DNA of 64,000 nucleotides from positions 1,612,001 to 1,676,000 of the forward strand of contig CP089280.1 of the NCBI GenBank assembly GCA_023920165.1, written 5' to 3'. Position 1 is the first letter of the stretch. Each line of letters opens with the position of its first letter. The translations under genes and the position numbers were made by a program. The stretch comes from Curvularia clavata. Taxonomy: Eukaryota. Positions 47,408 through 61,616 of the stretch are shown here, in pieces. The notes beneath the pieces were generated by a model. That model did no database searches and was not told the origin of the DNA. It was given only the letters and a program-made list of their open reading frames with translations.

Positions 47408-49368
47408 ATGAACCCGCTATACATTGACCGGTCGCAACAGCAGTGGCGATCTTGCTACCCCTTAATACCAGACCAGCCGGACGACAAAATGTATCCTCTA
47501 CACACAACCGCCTCGGCCCCTTCGATGCGTGCCTCGGACGTCTCGTATGCACACATGGCTCCACCGACTCCCATCAACGACGACCCAGGCAACGTCAAGG
47601 TCGTAGTCCGCTGCCGGGCCTTTGTGCCAAGAGGTAGGCTCTCATCAATTGCTCACGGTAGACGCATACTCACCTGTTGCAGAAAAGGAGAAGGGTACAA
47701 AATGTCTTATCCGAATGGACCCAGCCACCCAAAAGACCACGCTCTATGCGCCAGAGGATAGCGACAGCAATGGACGCCGCATCTACGAGGACAAGGAGTT
47801 CACATTTGATCGCTCATACTGGTCGCACGACGAGAGTGACCCGCACTATGCGCACCAGGAAGACGTCTATCGCTCTTTTGGCGAAGAGTTCCTTGACCAC
47901 AACTTCGCCGGCTACCACACGTGCATCTTTGCATACGGTCAGACAGGCTCGGGAAAGAGTTACACCATGATGGGCACGCCAGAAAACCCAGGCCTGATTC
48001 CCAGGACCTGCGAGGAGCTGTTTGCCAGGATAAGGCATGAGCCGTCCCCCAACACCAACTACCATGTCCAAGTCTCCTACTTTGAGGTGTACAACGAGCA
48101 CGTGCGCGACCTGCTCCAGCCCAAGACGAACCCCCCGGTATACCTCAAGATTCGCGAGAGCCAGAAAGATGGTGTCTATGTGCAGGGTCTGACTGAGGCC
48201 GAAGTCAAGTGCTATGCTGACGTCGCGCGCTTGATGAAGATTGGCGATATGGTATGTATATCTCCAATCCTCGCCGTTTTCGAAGCTTCTGCTGACGCCT
48301 ATACAGAGCCGAACAATTGCCTCTACCAAGATGAACGACACTTCATCACGCTCCCATGCCGTGTTCACCATCCGCCTCAAGCAGATTACCCACTCCCTTC
48401 TCTCAGATGAGACCATTGAACGTACGGCACGCATGCGTCTTGTCGACCTTGCTGGTTCCGAACGCGCAAAGTCGACAGAAGCCACGGGCGCTCGCCTGAA
48501 AGAAGGAGCCCAAATTAACAAGTCTCTTACGACACTCGGTCGTGTCATTGCTGCCCTGGCAGACCCCCGCCGGCACGGTGCCAAAGGACGACGTCCGCGC
48601 GAGGTAGTCCCGTACCGTGACTCCGTATTGACTTGGCTTCTCAAGGACTCTCTCGGCGGTAACAGCAAGACCGCCATGGTTGCCTGCATAGCGCCAGCCG
48701 ACTATGACGAGACTCTTTCCACTCTTCGCTATGCCGACCAGGCCAAGCGCATCCGCACTCGTGCTCTCGTCAACCAGGACTGCATGTCTGCTGCACAGCG
48801 AGACGCCCAGATTGCCGAGATGACGGAACAGATTCGAAGTCTACAGGTATGCGTCAATGCTGCCAGCCAGCGTAAGAGGGAAGAAGCAACAGAGCTGGAT
48901 GAGTACCAAAGGCAGGTTGCACTCATGCAACGCCTCATGGAGGAGAACCGCCAAGTCTCGGCTGCGAAGATTAAAGCCCTCACTTCAGAAGTCGAGGAGC
49001 TCCGCCCTGCGAACGTGGCCCTCCGTGCAGAGATTGATTCGCTGCGCCGTCATCTTGCACTTGCGCTTGGAGAGCTCAAGAACCCCATTGTCCTGCCACC
49101 ACCAAGAGAGCTTGGTACGCCAGACTTTGAGAACGGCGAGTGGCTGGGAGAAGGGGATGGCACCGGGCCGCGCGAAGGCGAAGCCAGTGACGACGATTCT
49201 GATTCTGGCTACGATGAAGGTGATCATGATGAGTTGGCGCAGGAGCTGCAGAACGAGGCAGAGTCGTTCCTCCAAGATCTGGGCTTGTTCCGCAAGAAAG
49301 TGGGCAGCGATGTGGAGAGGTTCGGATTGCGAGAGAAACTGGCTGATATGATGGAGAATGCAGCCTAA
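47408..49368 (+). CDS. Short fungal kinesin-3 (NcKin3/UncB-like), 3 exons, about 618 aa
   Basis: [89 protein letters not shown]. Short coiled-coil tail with no FHA or PH domain. Introns 47634-47682 and 48252-48306. Confidence 0.92.
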
Positions 49369-49707
49369 GTATTCACAGTCTGAGGTATTGTTACGTTGTT
49401 GGAGTTAGTTGGCTTTGGACACAGGATGGTTATTGATTACGAATGCATGAGCGACGGCGTTTTCTTTTTTGATCCGAGCAGAATGAACTCGGAACTAGGT
49501 AGCAGTAGATAGTTGTGCCACAGCAATCAAAAATACATCTTGCGCGCCCCGATAAGTTTTCAAGATATTATGATGCCTGTGTGATAGGATGTGACGAGGG
49601 CCTCGGCGAGCTGCCTCGAGCTATGACCGCAACTCTAAGCTCCGACCAGGTGCGCATCCAGCTTCCGACCACTTCGCGCCATGATACCCCGATAGTTGCG
49701 ACCAAAC

Positions 49708-52352
49708 ATGTCCAAGCCAACCACCAACTGGGAAAAGGTCGGCGACAAATTCTATCGAAAGGTTCAGCTTTACCAAGCCGTCTTCGACCAGGATCTCGAG
49801 CTCGAGAACTACCATGTGGTGGGGGCGCCGTACAGTGGTGCTGTAGGTAGGTATGTCCCGCTTGCCTGTCATTGCCTGCGCATAGCCGTCTTGGGGCTGG
49901 GCTGACTGGATTAGCCATCTACCGCGATGAAGACAAGCTGCAGACGTACCGAGGGCCTGGGGCGACCAAGTCGAGCATCGATATCTACAGCTGCGCGGGC
50001 AAGCTGATCCGTAGCATCAACGTGCGCAACCTTGGTCATGGACTGCGAAAGACTATGGCAGGCAATGCTGACAGCATCTAGTGGGACAAAGGATCGATCA
50101 GAGGCCTAGGCTGGTCTGAAGACGAGAAGCTACTCGTTATCACAGCAGACGGCACTGTGCGATGCTATTACGGCCTCCAAGGCGATTTCGTACCCTTCAC
50201 ACTTGGCCACGATGCTGAACAACTCGGAGTTGTGTCATGCAAGTTCTACAGCACCGGTTTCGTTGCGCTGCTTGGAAACAATCACCTCATCTCGGTCACC
50301 TCGTACACAGAGCCACGACCCAAGCTTCTCGCTATTCCGCCAACCGATCCCATTATATCCTGGAGCATAGTCCCGCCTGCATATTCGCTGTCTCGCTCAG
50401 TCGAAGTTATCCTTGCCATTGGGACGACGCTCTACGTGGTGGATGCGACCGAAGCCGAAGACAGGAACTTTGATGCTGGCCCCTTCAGGCACATTAGTGT
50501 CAGCCCGCGAGCAGAGTTCCTTGCCTTCTATACGGAAGACGGAAAGGTATGGGTTGTTAGTGGCGACTGGAGCGAGAAGCTCAGCGAGTACGACAGCAAG
50601 ATCAAGACAGTACCCAAGGACATGGAGTGGTGCGGTTCAAACGCAGTCGCACTGGCGTGGGAGGACGAAGTGCATCTGATTGGTCCCAGGAGCGCCGCAA
50701 CAAAGTTCTACTACGACACATGGGTGCATCTACTACCAGACATTGATGGTATCCGCCTTCTTACGAATGACGTGTGCGAGTTCATCCAAAAGGTGCCGGA
50801 TGAAGCGGTCGACGTCTTCAGGCTAGGCTCTGACTCGCCCGCTGCAAACCTACTTGAGGCGTCTTCTCTTCTAGAGCAGAAAAGTCCAAAGGCAGATGAC
50901 CTCATCCAGTTGATACGACCAAGTCTGGGCGAGGCTGTGGATACCTGTATCAAGGCAGCCGCGCATGAGTACAATATTCATTGGCAGAAGTCGCTGTTGA
51001 AAGCTGCTTCTTACGGAAAGTCAGTATTGGACTTGTACTCGTCCGACGACTTTGTTGACACATGCGACACATTACGTGTGCTCAATGCTGTGCGCTTCTA
51101 CGAGGTTGGGCTACCGCTCAGCTATGACCAGTACCGTCGCATGACACCCGAGAAGCTCATTGAACGTCTCACGAATCGCAGTGAATACCTTCTGGCACTA
51201 CGCATAGCCGAGTACTTGCATCTACCGTCAAATCAGATTCATGGTCATTGGGCACAGCAAAAAGTCCGTGTCTCTACTGACCCAGAAGAAGAAATCTGTA
51301 GCTTGATCGTCAAGAAACTTCATGGCAAGCCAGGTGTCTCGTTTGAAGAGATCGCGCGGGCGGCGTATGACGAGGGCCGTGTTCGCCTCGCGACAGATTT
51401 ACTCAACTACGAACCGAGGGCAGGAAAGCAAGTGCCATTGCTCCTGAACATGAAGGAAGACCTCATTGCGCTCGACAAGGCTATCGAGTCGGGTGACACT
51501 GATCTGATCTACCATGTCCTCCTGCATCTCCGTAAGAAACTGCCACTCGCGTCTTTCTTCAGAGTCATCAACAGTCGACCTGTCGCTACGGCTCTGGTTG
51601 AGTCGTCAGCTTGGGACCAGGATCGTGATTTGCTGAAGGATCTATACTACCAAGACGACCGGCGACTAGACGGATCGAATCTCTTGTTGTCCGAGGCTCT
51701 CTCGCAAGACAGCCCGTCCGCTGCCCAGGACAAGCTGAAGCTAGCATCGAAATACCTTCAAGACTCACGTGAGAGCACGGCGGTCTTCCAACGCCAAGCT
51801 ATAGATGATGCAGCCAAACTTCTTCGCCTTCAAACGCAATTTGAGTCAGACCTTAATGGACAGAGGGACTCTGCTCCTAGCACGTTGCCTGGACAGACCT
51901 ATATTGGCCTCTCAGCTAACGAAACAATCTTCCAACTCATCCGCCAGGGACACACTAAACGCGCTCAAAAAGTACAGTCGGAGTTCAAGATCAACGACAA
52001 AACATTCACATATATCAGGCTCCGAGCCCTAGTCGCAGCACGACACTGGACTGAGCTGGAGGATTATGCCAAGCAGAAAAAGAGCCCCATTGGATGGGAG
52101 CCATTTTTCAACGAAATATTGGGTGCAGGCAATACCAGAGTTGCGTCGGTGTTTATTCCAAAGTGCACGTCACTGTCAGTACCGGAGCGCGTGGAGATGT
52201 GGATCAAGTGTGGGTTGTTGGTCAAGGCGGGAGAAGAAGCGTTCAAGGTAAAGGATAGGGAGTTGCTTGAGGAGATTAGGGGCAAGGCGGCCGGGAGTGC
52301 TGCAATTGAGGTGGAGAGACTGCTGGGTATGCTGCCGCCAAGCAAGAAATAG
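49708..52352 (+). CDS. VPS16: HOPS/CORVET subunit Vps16, 3 exons
   Basis: MSKPTTNWEKVGDKFYRK, GAPYSGAVAIYRD, IRGLGWSEDEKLL, QKSLLKAASYGK, LRVLNAVR, ALDKAIESGDTDL, KKSPIGWEPF. Two 5' introns at about 49850-49913 and 50022-50080. Confidence 0.95.
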
Positions 52353-52854
52353 CATGGATAATGGATATGATGAGGTCGCTCTTCTCACTAAGCATAAGGA
52401 TCGGGATCTTTTTTTTCTAGCTCCGTGGTGTGATGATATGACTAATGTGTAGATACATGTGGTGGATTCATCTTATGCCAATGGCTACTTGAAATACAAG
52501 TATATCTACCGATGCACTATTCGTCATACCTCGGGTTATAGAGGCGACAAAGACCTGGGGTAATCGATCTTAGTGTCTGTTGAGCAATGATCGGCGCTCA
52601 GACAACTCGCTTCCCCGCGTTTAACAGGGCTGCACTGCAACTAGCTCCAGGGCGAATGACGAAAGTCGTCGTCGTAATGGCATTCTCGGTATGCATTCGC
52701 CCGAACTTTCGCATCATTGCCTGGAGGAGTAACAAGCAGCAGTCGATGTCCGAAAATTTTGTTGTCGTCAAGGGTGCTGGTGGGCAATACATAAGACAAT
52801 GGAGCTATGTGTGATACTGAGTAGCAGAACCAAATCTGGGATTCGGACGGCCAA

Positions 52855-55034
52855 ATGAGGTTCTCAACATTGGTAGCCGGCTTCCTGGCGGCAACGCCAG
52901 CCATTGCGATTCCATACGAACAATACATTCTCGCCCCAAAATCGCGAACCGTTCTTCCAGTCTCAGTGCACAGTAGCAATGGCTCTGTCACCAACCCTGA
53001 GAGCTTGACCAAACCAAATGGCAGCGCCGTCTTCACTGGTGAAGCCGCAACAGCCTACGACTTTGGCAAAAATATTGCCGGACTGGTCAGCGTGACCATC
53101 GGCTCCACTGGTTCCATGAACGAATACATTGGGGTCACCTTCTCCGAGAGCTCGCTGTGGGTGAGCAACAGGAGCAGTGATGCGACAGCAGATGCAGGAA
53201 AAGATGAGACGCTTTGGTTCCGTGTCAACGGTACAGGAACATACACGGCACCACGAGAGAAGCTCAGGGGGGCGTTCAGGTACATGACCTTGGTGCACAA
53301 TGGTACTGGCAGCCTGGAGGTTACCGGGGCCCAGGTACACTTCACCGCCATGCCCCATTGGGAAGACGATGCCATTGGAAACTATACAGGCTATTTCCAC
53401 TGCGATGGTATGCATTAGCCTTGATACTATTGACGCACGCGTGTGCTAATATAAGACAGATGAACTACTGAACCGTGTTTGGTATGCAGGTGCTTACACG
53501 AACCAACTTTGCACTATCCCACCTGACACAGGAAATGCTTTGGTGCATCTGCGCGAGCCGGGATACTCGAGTACGGATGACCAGAGCCCGGTTAATGTCA
53601 CTTGGTACAACAACTATACGATCACCAAGGGCAGCAGTACGTTGGTGGACGGGGCGAAGAGAGACAGGTTGGTTTGGGCTGGAGGTACGTTGTGCTTTGT
53701 CATCGACAATAGGTGCAGGTACTGACAAAAAAACAAAGACATGGCCATTGCCGTGCCTGCAGTAGTCGTATCCACAAACGATGTCGTTTCCGTTGAGAAC
53801 GCTCTCGATTCGCTTTTTGCGATCCAAAATTCAACTACCGGACTCTTGCCATATGCCGGTCGGCCGTTCTTCTCTGCGGTATCGTTTACTTACCACTTGT
53901 ATACTATGATTGGCGTGGCAGATCACTATCTTTACACTGTGAGCTTCCCCGTTGCTCCCTCATAGGTTACTAGTTAACCATGTTCTCTAGGGTGAAATAT
54001 CCTACCTACAATCTCTATGGGAGCAATACAAGTTCGCTCTCGAGTTTCCACTCAGTGCCATCGATTCGAGCGGTCTCATGAACGTCACCAGCCCGAACGA
54101 CTGGCTCCGCTTCGGTATGGGTGGCCATAACATTGAAGCCAACGCTATTCTCTATTATACTCTCAACCAAGCCATCTACCTTGCCGGTGCTTTGAACGAT
54201 ACCGCAAATGTCTCCTCATGGCGGGACACCGCTGAGGGCATCAAGACCGCCGCCAACGAGCTCCTCTGGGTCGAAGAAGAAGGCATGTATAAGGACAACG
54301 AGACGACAACTCTCCTCCCTCAAGACGGCAATGCCTGGGCCGTCGTCGCCAACCTCACCACCAACTCATCCCAAATCTCCTCCATCAGCCAGCATCTAGC
54401 CGGGCGATGGACACCCTACGGCGCTCCTGCCCCGGAAGCCGCAGATGCCATTTCCCCATTTATATCAGGCTTCGAACTGCAGGCCCACTTTGCCGCACAG
54501 AATACTTCTGCAGCACTGGACCTCATGCGCCTGCAATGGGGCTTCATGCTCGACGACCCGCGCATGACCAACTCGACCTTCATCGAAGGCTACAGCACAA
54601 CGGGCAACTTACACTACGCACCGTACAACAACGACGCAAGGATCAGCCATGCGCATGGCTGGGCAACGGGTCCCACGTCGTCGCTCACACAGTACGTGGC
54701 TGGCGTGCAGCTGCTGACGGCTGGTGGGGCGACGTGGCGGATTGCGCCTTCGCTGGGTGATTTGAAGTCTGTGGATGCAGGGTTTAGTACTCCGCTGGGG
54801 TTCTTTGGTGCGAAAACAAAGGTTAGTGATAGTGGGGTGGAGATGGAGTTTGAGACGCCAAAGGGGACGAGCGGGGAGGTAAGGGTGCCAGTGTTGGAGT
54901 GTGATGGGAAGGTTGTGATGCGTGGAGAGGAGGGGTGTGAGGATGTTGTGGCGGATGTTGTCAAGGGAGAGGAAGTGGTGGTGAGGGATGTTGCTGGGGG
55001 ACGGTGGGAGGCGACGTTTACGTGTGGAGAGTAG
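52855..55034 (+). CDS. Secreted alpha-L-rhamnosidase (GH78), 4 exons
   Basis: Signal peptide, PYEQYILAPKSRTV, YDFGKNIAG, YTGYFHCDDELLNRVWYAGAYT, VDGAKRDRLVWAGD, TFIEGY, SHAHGWATGPT. Confidence 0.92.
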
Positions 55035-56697
55035 GGATCTAGTGTTTAGGTATATCCATTCAAGTAAGGGTAGCGTTAATATGGAGCATCAATTCTTTTG
55101 TATACTAGTAGCCATCCGGATCTCAACGAAAAAATCAAGTGTTTCACCTTTCAGGCCGCCCCAACGTCATTACTACACTGTAGGTATATCCATCCCCCTG
55201 GCGACACGAGCCCATAGCCGCCGCGGAGGGGTACCTACAGGGAGGGATATACCGAGGCCTCTAATAGTGTGCCTGCCCCTGGGACCCGTTTTCCCCAACA
55301 GAACCCCAAATACACGGTGCCTCGCTGGGTTGCCTGGGAAGGATCCAAGTCTTACGCACTGTTGCTAGCAAAGACAACGGGTACAGACGGGCTGATCAGC
55401 CGCTGACGAGGTCATAGTAACAACGAAAAAAATGACTACGAGGCCAATCCATGTACATAGCGTGTTAGGCGAAGGGCTAAGAAGAGAGCGAGGTGCTGTT
55501 TGGGGAGTGTGCGCCGAACGCGCTCCCGTGGTAACCTGGCGAAAACAGGAATCGCCTCAGAGGGACATGGTTATGGGGTCTTGGGGGACAAACCCGTCGT
55601 AGAAAAGTAAGGGTGTCGACGGAGCAACGCAGCTGAGGGTGTGAGAGACAGAGTAAGTTGGTGTTTACTGTACTATCTGGGATGGGCCCTCAGACGGGTA
55701 GTAGCCTTAGCGCCTGACGATGGCTTTTTTGTCTTTTCCAGGCCCAATGGCCGCGTGATGCAGGATGTCAACATAGGCAAAACAAGTATGAGGTGCATGA
55801 AAGCGAATCGTGTACCCGGATCTGCGGATTTCGGCAATCGAGTATCTGGGCGTCTAGTGGTGTCAATCAATGCACGACTCGCATGTGACTGATGTTACTG
55901 ACAGGCGACACAACCGTCTACGCATCTCGAGATTCTGGTCAACATGAGAGCAAGTCTAGGATGGAAACAGAGAGTGTTGGTACCTTTTCACTCTTTCGCT
56001 TGTATGTAAACGAACGGTACACACGACAACGGCCATCCGGAAGAGGCAAAAGGCCTTGCGCCACGACGCAGGATTTCGCGCACGATTACCGGCATACCCT
56101 CGGGAGCGAGGTGCTAGCCGCGCAGGCTGAGCCAGTCAACCCCGCTGCTGAGCGGCCAACAGCAGGTTCTGTATGAAACAGGCGTTCCTGTGGAGGGAGG
56201 GGCGCGCTCGGCTGGCGCTGAATGAGCGACGCGGGACGTTGCCCCTCGCAACCGCGGGCTGAAAATAGACCGGGGGGTTATGAAGAGAAGGGCTACAAAC
56301 CACTAGCACCACCAGGTCGCTGGCTAACTTTGATCTACAGCCTGTCCTCGAAACAGTCGCATTCTGTCTTCCTGTTGTTCGCTCTTTTGAATCTTTGACA
56401 CATTGGAAGAAAAAAAAGGCACCGACTGCACGGCGACAATAAAGGACGGGTGATTCACTGTTTCCGCGCCGTCATTCCCTCGTTTGCATGCACGCGACGC
56501 CAACAGCCTCCTGTAAATCACCGCCAATCCACCGCCCACTGCCCACGCATTTTCCTCGCTTCTTCTTCCCCATTGTGGATATCCATACATAACGACAGCG
56601 CATTCCTGACAGACTCGAGTACACGCTTCCACGCCCCACTGCTAGCCAGACCTTTGTATGCGCTTTTGAACTTTGCGCTCGTGGGGCTGCAAACACC

Positions 56698-59121
56698 ATG
56701 GACACGAGCTATCTAGCCCAGCAGGTGACCACTATCATTGGCCAGCTGCACGGCCTATTCGACGACATTGGAGTCCCCAGCCATGAGCGGGACTCGCGCG
56801 AGGCAGAGGTATGTGATAGTCCATGTGTCTGCGCTTTGCGACGGCTGACAGTGTGGTAGCTCTTCTCTGCGCTCTCCGAGACGCTGCACAGCCAACTGCG
56901 ACAGGTAACCAACGAGAAACATGAAATGACCGAGGAGGCGCATCGCCTCCTGAGAACGATTCGCCAGATGGAAGCCTCCCTTGACGACAACAAGAAGAAT
57001 CCGAATTACGAAGACCACGACGACGATGAAGCCATTACGTTCCCCCTTACGCGCTGCCTACAATCCCTTAAGGAGAGGTACAATGTAGTGAGCAGGCGAC
57101 ACCAGGAGCGCTTCGAGCAGGTCAGGAAATTGGCCGAGGCGCTCGAGTCGTATGCGTCGCATCTCGAGCCCTCCTTTGTGCAGATCAAACTTCCACCCAC
57201 CTCGCCCAATGCGACCGTTTCGCCCACCTTTGACATATCACCCTCATACGTCAGCAGACTGGATGACGAGTTCACCCGCGTATACGAAGAGTACGCACGG
57301 CGGATAAACAATGTAAAGGTCCTCTGTCAGGAGATTATCCAGTTGTGGGCAGAACTGGGCACACCTCAAGCGCAAACCGACAGCGCCATTGTCAAGTACC
57401 ATCGCGACTCACCCGAACAACTCGGTCTGCACCAGGAGGATCTTGCAGAATTGCAGGCGAAAAAGGAGCGCCTGTTGGAGGAAAAGCGTGGACGCGAAAA
57501 GCGATTGGGACAGCTGCGCACAACCATTGAGGATCTCTGGGATCGCCTGGGCGTCGATGAGCGTGAGCGCAAACAGTTTCTCACCAGCAACCGTGGATGC
57601 GGTCTGCGCACCATCAACGAGCACGAGGACGAGCTGGCCAGATTGAATGAACTCAAGCGCCAGAACTTGCACCTGTTTGTCGAGGAGGCACGTTGCAAGC
57701 TGCAAGATCTTTGGGATGCCCTCTACTTTTCCGAGGAGGAGATGCTCGACTTCACCCCTGCTTTCTCAGATGTCTGCAGTGACGCTCTGCTCTCTGCACA
57801 CGAATCTGAAATTGCCCGTCTTGAAGCTCTGAAGGAACAACGACTGCCCATTCTGCAAAAGATTGACCGACACCGCGAACTTATCAAGGAGCGCGATGAG
57901 CTTCAGCAGTCGAGTCAGGATGCCACTCGTCTCATGGCACGTGGCAACAAGGGTGAAAGGCGTGACCCAGGCAAGCTCCTGCGCGAAGAGAAGATGCGGA
58001 AGCGTATCGCAAAGGAGCTGCCCAAGGTTGAATCCGTAAGTACACCTCTCGTGACGTGGAGGTAAAAGACAAAGCTGACTGAATAACAGGATTTGAAAAA
58101 CACCCTCGAAAACTGGGAAGACGAGTATGGTCGCCCCTTTTTGGTGCACGGCAACCGATACCTGGATGAGTTGTATGCATCTGCTGCCAAAGCTGCTGCT
58201 CCTCCTCCTCGGGCAAAGACACCTTCCAACACAGGTATGCCCAGCAAGTCAGGAACAGTGTCGAGAAACGCTGCTCCTAGCCGTGCTGGGACCATTCGTG
58301 GGGGAGCACCACCAACCCGCTCAAAGACTCCGGTGTCCAACTTTGGCGCAAGTGTATCGCGGCATACCATGTCCAGCTCTGTTTCGTCTAGTTTCAGCGC
58401 TGCTGCGTCAGTAGCATCCACTTCTTCGTCTACGCAAAAGAGTCCCTCCAAGATCCCTTCGCGTTCGCAAATGGCTGGTACCCAGAACGGTAGGAGCTCA
58501 CCTGAACGCCGACCGGCGCAGCACTCTCGAGAGGACTCTGCCACGATGCGGAGAAAGGCGCCTCCTATGGCACCTCCTCCACGAATGAAAGACCTGTTCA
58601 TCCCTCCTGAGCCAACACCTGTTGAGACTCCAATGAACCGGTTCGCTTTCAACCGTGGGGACCGCAGCGAGAGCGTCGTGCGGAATGTGCCACCTGAGGA
58701 TCCGTATGATGACCGATCATACATCAGACACAGCAACACGTTGAGCGGAGCCTACACACCGACCTACCCTCCACCATCACTGTCGTCGGGAAGTAGCAGA
58801 CAAATATCACAAACCTCGTCGACAGGGACAGCTGGCACAGGGGTGACTATGCAGTCTGGGTCTGAGAACTGGGAGACATTCAGCGAACAATCCGACGATG
58901 CGCCCGAGGAAGAAGTCGACTTTCATCAGTACAGGCGACAGATGAAGCGCTACACTCCCGAAGGGGGACACGCATCTACACCGCGAGCGATCCAAGGCAA
59001 GAAGGTTCGCGGAATACGCAACGTTGGGGGAAGAGATTCTCCCAGCGAGCACGATGGCAGCATGGTGCGTGTTGTCGAAGGGTCAGAAGCAGGCTGGACC
59101 GACGACGGCGAGGGATACTGA
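56698..59121 (+). CDS. ASE1: Microtubule-bundling protein Ase1/PRC1/MAP65, 3 exons
   Basis: MDTSYLAQQVTTIIGQLHGLFDDIGVP, ELARLNELKRQNLHLFVEEAR..LWDALYFSEEE, SSQDATRLM..RDPGKLLREEKMRKRIAKELPK, WEDEYGRPFLVHG. Introns about 56809-56859 and 58036-58089. Confidence 0.95.
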
Positions 59122-59614
59122 AAAGGAGATTGATGCTTGTTTGCATGTCCACTTGGACGTTTCCATGAACCCCATGGCGCACACGACTGCATGCTTTACG
59201 GCAAAAAAAGGGACGATTCCCCTATGCTACGGCCGCTATTACAGTTCTACGTCCTGCCTTTTTTGTCAGTTTCCTGTTGCTGCAATCTTTTTTTTTTCTC
59301 ATCTTTCTGGCTGAATTAGCGGGCTGCAATCTCTTTCCGGGCAGCCTGACTCCTTTTTTTCTTGGTGCGAGTGAAAATTTTCACTCGAGCGTGGTAGGTA
59401 GTAGTGTGGTTTTGAAGTACTGGACCGAGTGGTTGGGAGAATCGCCACGTACAGCATGGAGCAGGGGTGGCAGGCTGCACGTCAGATTGCTGCTAGCCAA
59501 GTGCTCCTCATGCTCATGCAGTGGTGCCCTCTTTTTTTTTCTCGCTTGAGGAGCACAAGCAGGAATCTCCCCGCTTGGTTTCCTGATTTTTGTTTCTCAG
59601 ATTATTTTCGTTTT

Positions 59615-59632
59615 TGATTGATTGATTGATTG
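59615..59632. repeat. (TGAT)n microsatellite
   Basis: About 4 tandem TGAT units downstream of ASE1. Confidence 0.7.
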
Positions 59633-60251
59633 AGCGACCGAATTGCGGCGCAAAGGGCGTTTGTTTGGGAGGGCTTGGTTTGTGAGCACTTCTGCGTTAT
59701 TACCCTTTTTTGTATGTTTTTAATTGCTATTATATCCAGATGGTTTGTAGGAGGGGCCTGGATTGCATACAGGCCTGGCCGTAGGATTGTATGAAGGAGT
59801 TGAAAATGAAGACGTGTACTTTTACGATTGATCAGAATTGAGAAGGTTGCAAAAAAGAAAAGACCACGGTGAACATGGTGAACTCTAGACGCAGGGATGA
59901 GCCAAGGAGGAGTCAGCGTCTAAGCATGTGGGCGGAGCGGAAAGCTTGATGTGAGGCTAAGCTAAGGACACATGGGGAAGGCGCTCAATGAGGCGGGGAT
60001 GGAAGAGGCATAGGGGGACAATGTCTATGTATGGAAGAGGCTTCATCTCCTTTGTGCAGGAAGAAGGCTCGGGAGCGTGGTGTTTCTGATGTCTGTAGGG
60101 TCCTTCCTGTTTTGCACAAGACAATCTTTTAAACTCAATGGAGCAGGTGCAATGGGCGCCGACGGCTGTGCTTTTTGGCTGTGCACGGCGAGACGCGAAG
60201 GGCTTGTGCTCGCCGCGGACCCTCGAGTGGTTCAAGGTAATGATGAGTTGA

Positions 60252-60302
60252 ATGTATGTATGTATGTATGTACATGTATGTGTGCGTGTGTGTATATGTG
60301 TG
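60252..60302. repeat. (ATGT)n/(TG)n compound microsatellite
   Basis: ATGTATGTATGTATGTATGTACATGTATGTGTGCGTGTGTGTATATGTGTG. Confidence 0.8.
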
Positions 60303-61616
60303 GCTGGATAGATGCCGGTCGGCCATGACGGTGCCGAGGCGGCGGGGAGCGGCGGCTATCGAGTTAACGCTGGGAATAAACTTCCCCTCCACACCCACAC
60401 CACCCGCACTCTCTCTCTCACGCACACTGCCAAAGACGACTGCACCCCACATCACCGGACGCCGCCATGGGCAGCTAGCGCGTCTTGCGGGAGACGAGTA
60501 TACTGCGTGCAGCCGGCCAGCGACACTGGGCAGATAAGCATGGCGCTTCTTACAGGCCCGGAGCTGCTGCACCAAGCGTCGCACCCGGCCAAGCCAGCAG
60601 CCACGTACACTACTACTTTACATCCTGTCATGCCGCCGGGCGATTCCACACGCCCGGCCCCCGTGGGCGCGGCGCGATGACTCTTCAGCCTCTGCGCCGC
60701 CTGCGCCGCCTGCATTGCCTGCTGCATCGCCGTCTGCATCCCATCGGGTCACAGAGTCAACAACAACATGTACGACCAACGGGCGCGGGCGGCACAAGGA
60801 TGACGGCCCCCGGCGGCGAGACAACAGCCCAGCGTGATGAACGCCACGGTTAGCCATGTGACTAGCAACCGGTCACGACGGCCATGGTGGACAGACGAGC
60901 GAGCTTCCAGAAGGCAGCAGAGAGCGTGGGGCGGTAGGGCGGCAGGGCTGAGAGCCGGGCGGAGGTGGCGGCTAGTGTGCCTCCAGGGGTGGGTGCTGGC
61001 ACACGATCGCCCCCCTACGCTGCATCGTGTCGCGCATGCAGCAGTCTTGTCCCAGTCCAATCTCCATTAGGCTGTCAGCAGCAGCACGCCCAAACACGAC
61101 GTTGGCACTACCAACTGCCAATCCCGGCTCTCTCATCCACCCGGCGGTCGTGTGTCCTCTGGTGTGCCTGTCCCGGATAGGAAACACGCACCCACGCGAC
61201 TGCCTTCTGTCCAGATGCTTATCGCTCGCTGCCATGGTTGATTCCCCTTCTAGCTTCGTCATCGGTCCTCCCTTATCACCGCTCAACCTCCGCCTGTTGG
61301 CTAACAACCGTATCCTCCCTCTTCACCTTCATCACTACTACTACTACTCTTCTTCACCTCCTTCTTTATCCTGCTCGTTCGCTTTCATCAACGTGCATCG
61401 GCGACTTTCGGCGCGCCCCAACCCTGCACTCTGATGTTGCTCGAGACTTGCCCTTGCAGGATCCGCCCAATCGCCAGCCAGCAATAACGTAAAGAAATCC
61501 AGCGGCCGCACGTCAGAGCCCGCCTAGCCCCAGCACCAGCCTGTACCTGGGACCGACCCAGCTGTTAGTCACGGGGAAAACGCCTTCAGGGCCTACCTAC
61601 TACGCTACCTTTGACC

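Noticed and set aside
47814..48689. 291-aa antisense ORF over the kinesin
   Set aside because: Lies wholly opposite a conserved motor domain; codon-bias artefact.
57915..58739. 274-aa antisense ORF in ASE1, and similar antisense ORFs in EBP2, PDI and the last gene
   Set aside because: Mirror frames of real genes with low-complexity translations.
60135..61492. Dense short ORFs on both strands
   Set aside because: R/A/P-rich translations typical of GC-rich non-coding DNA.
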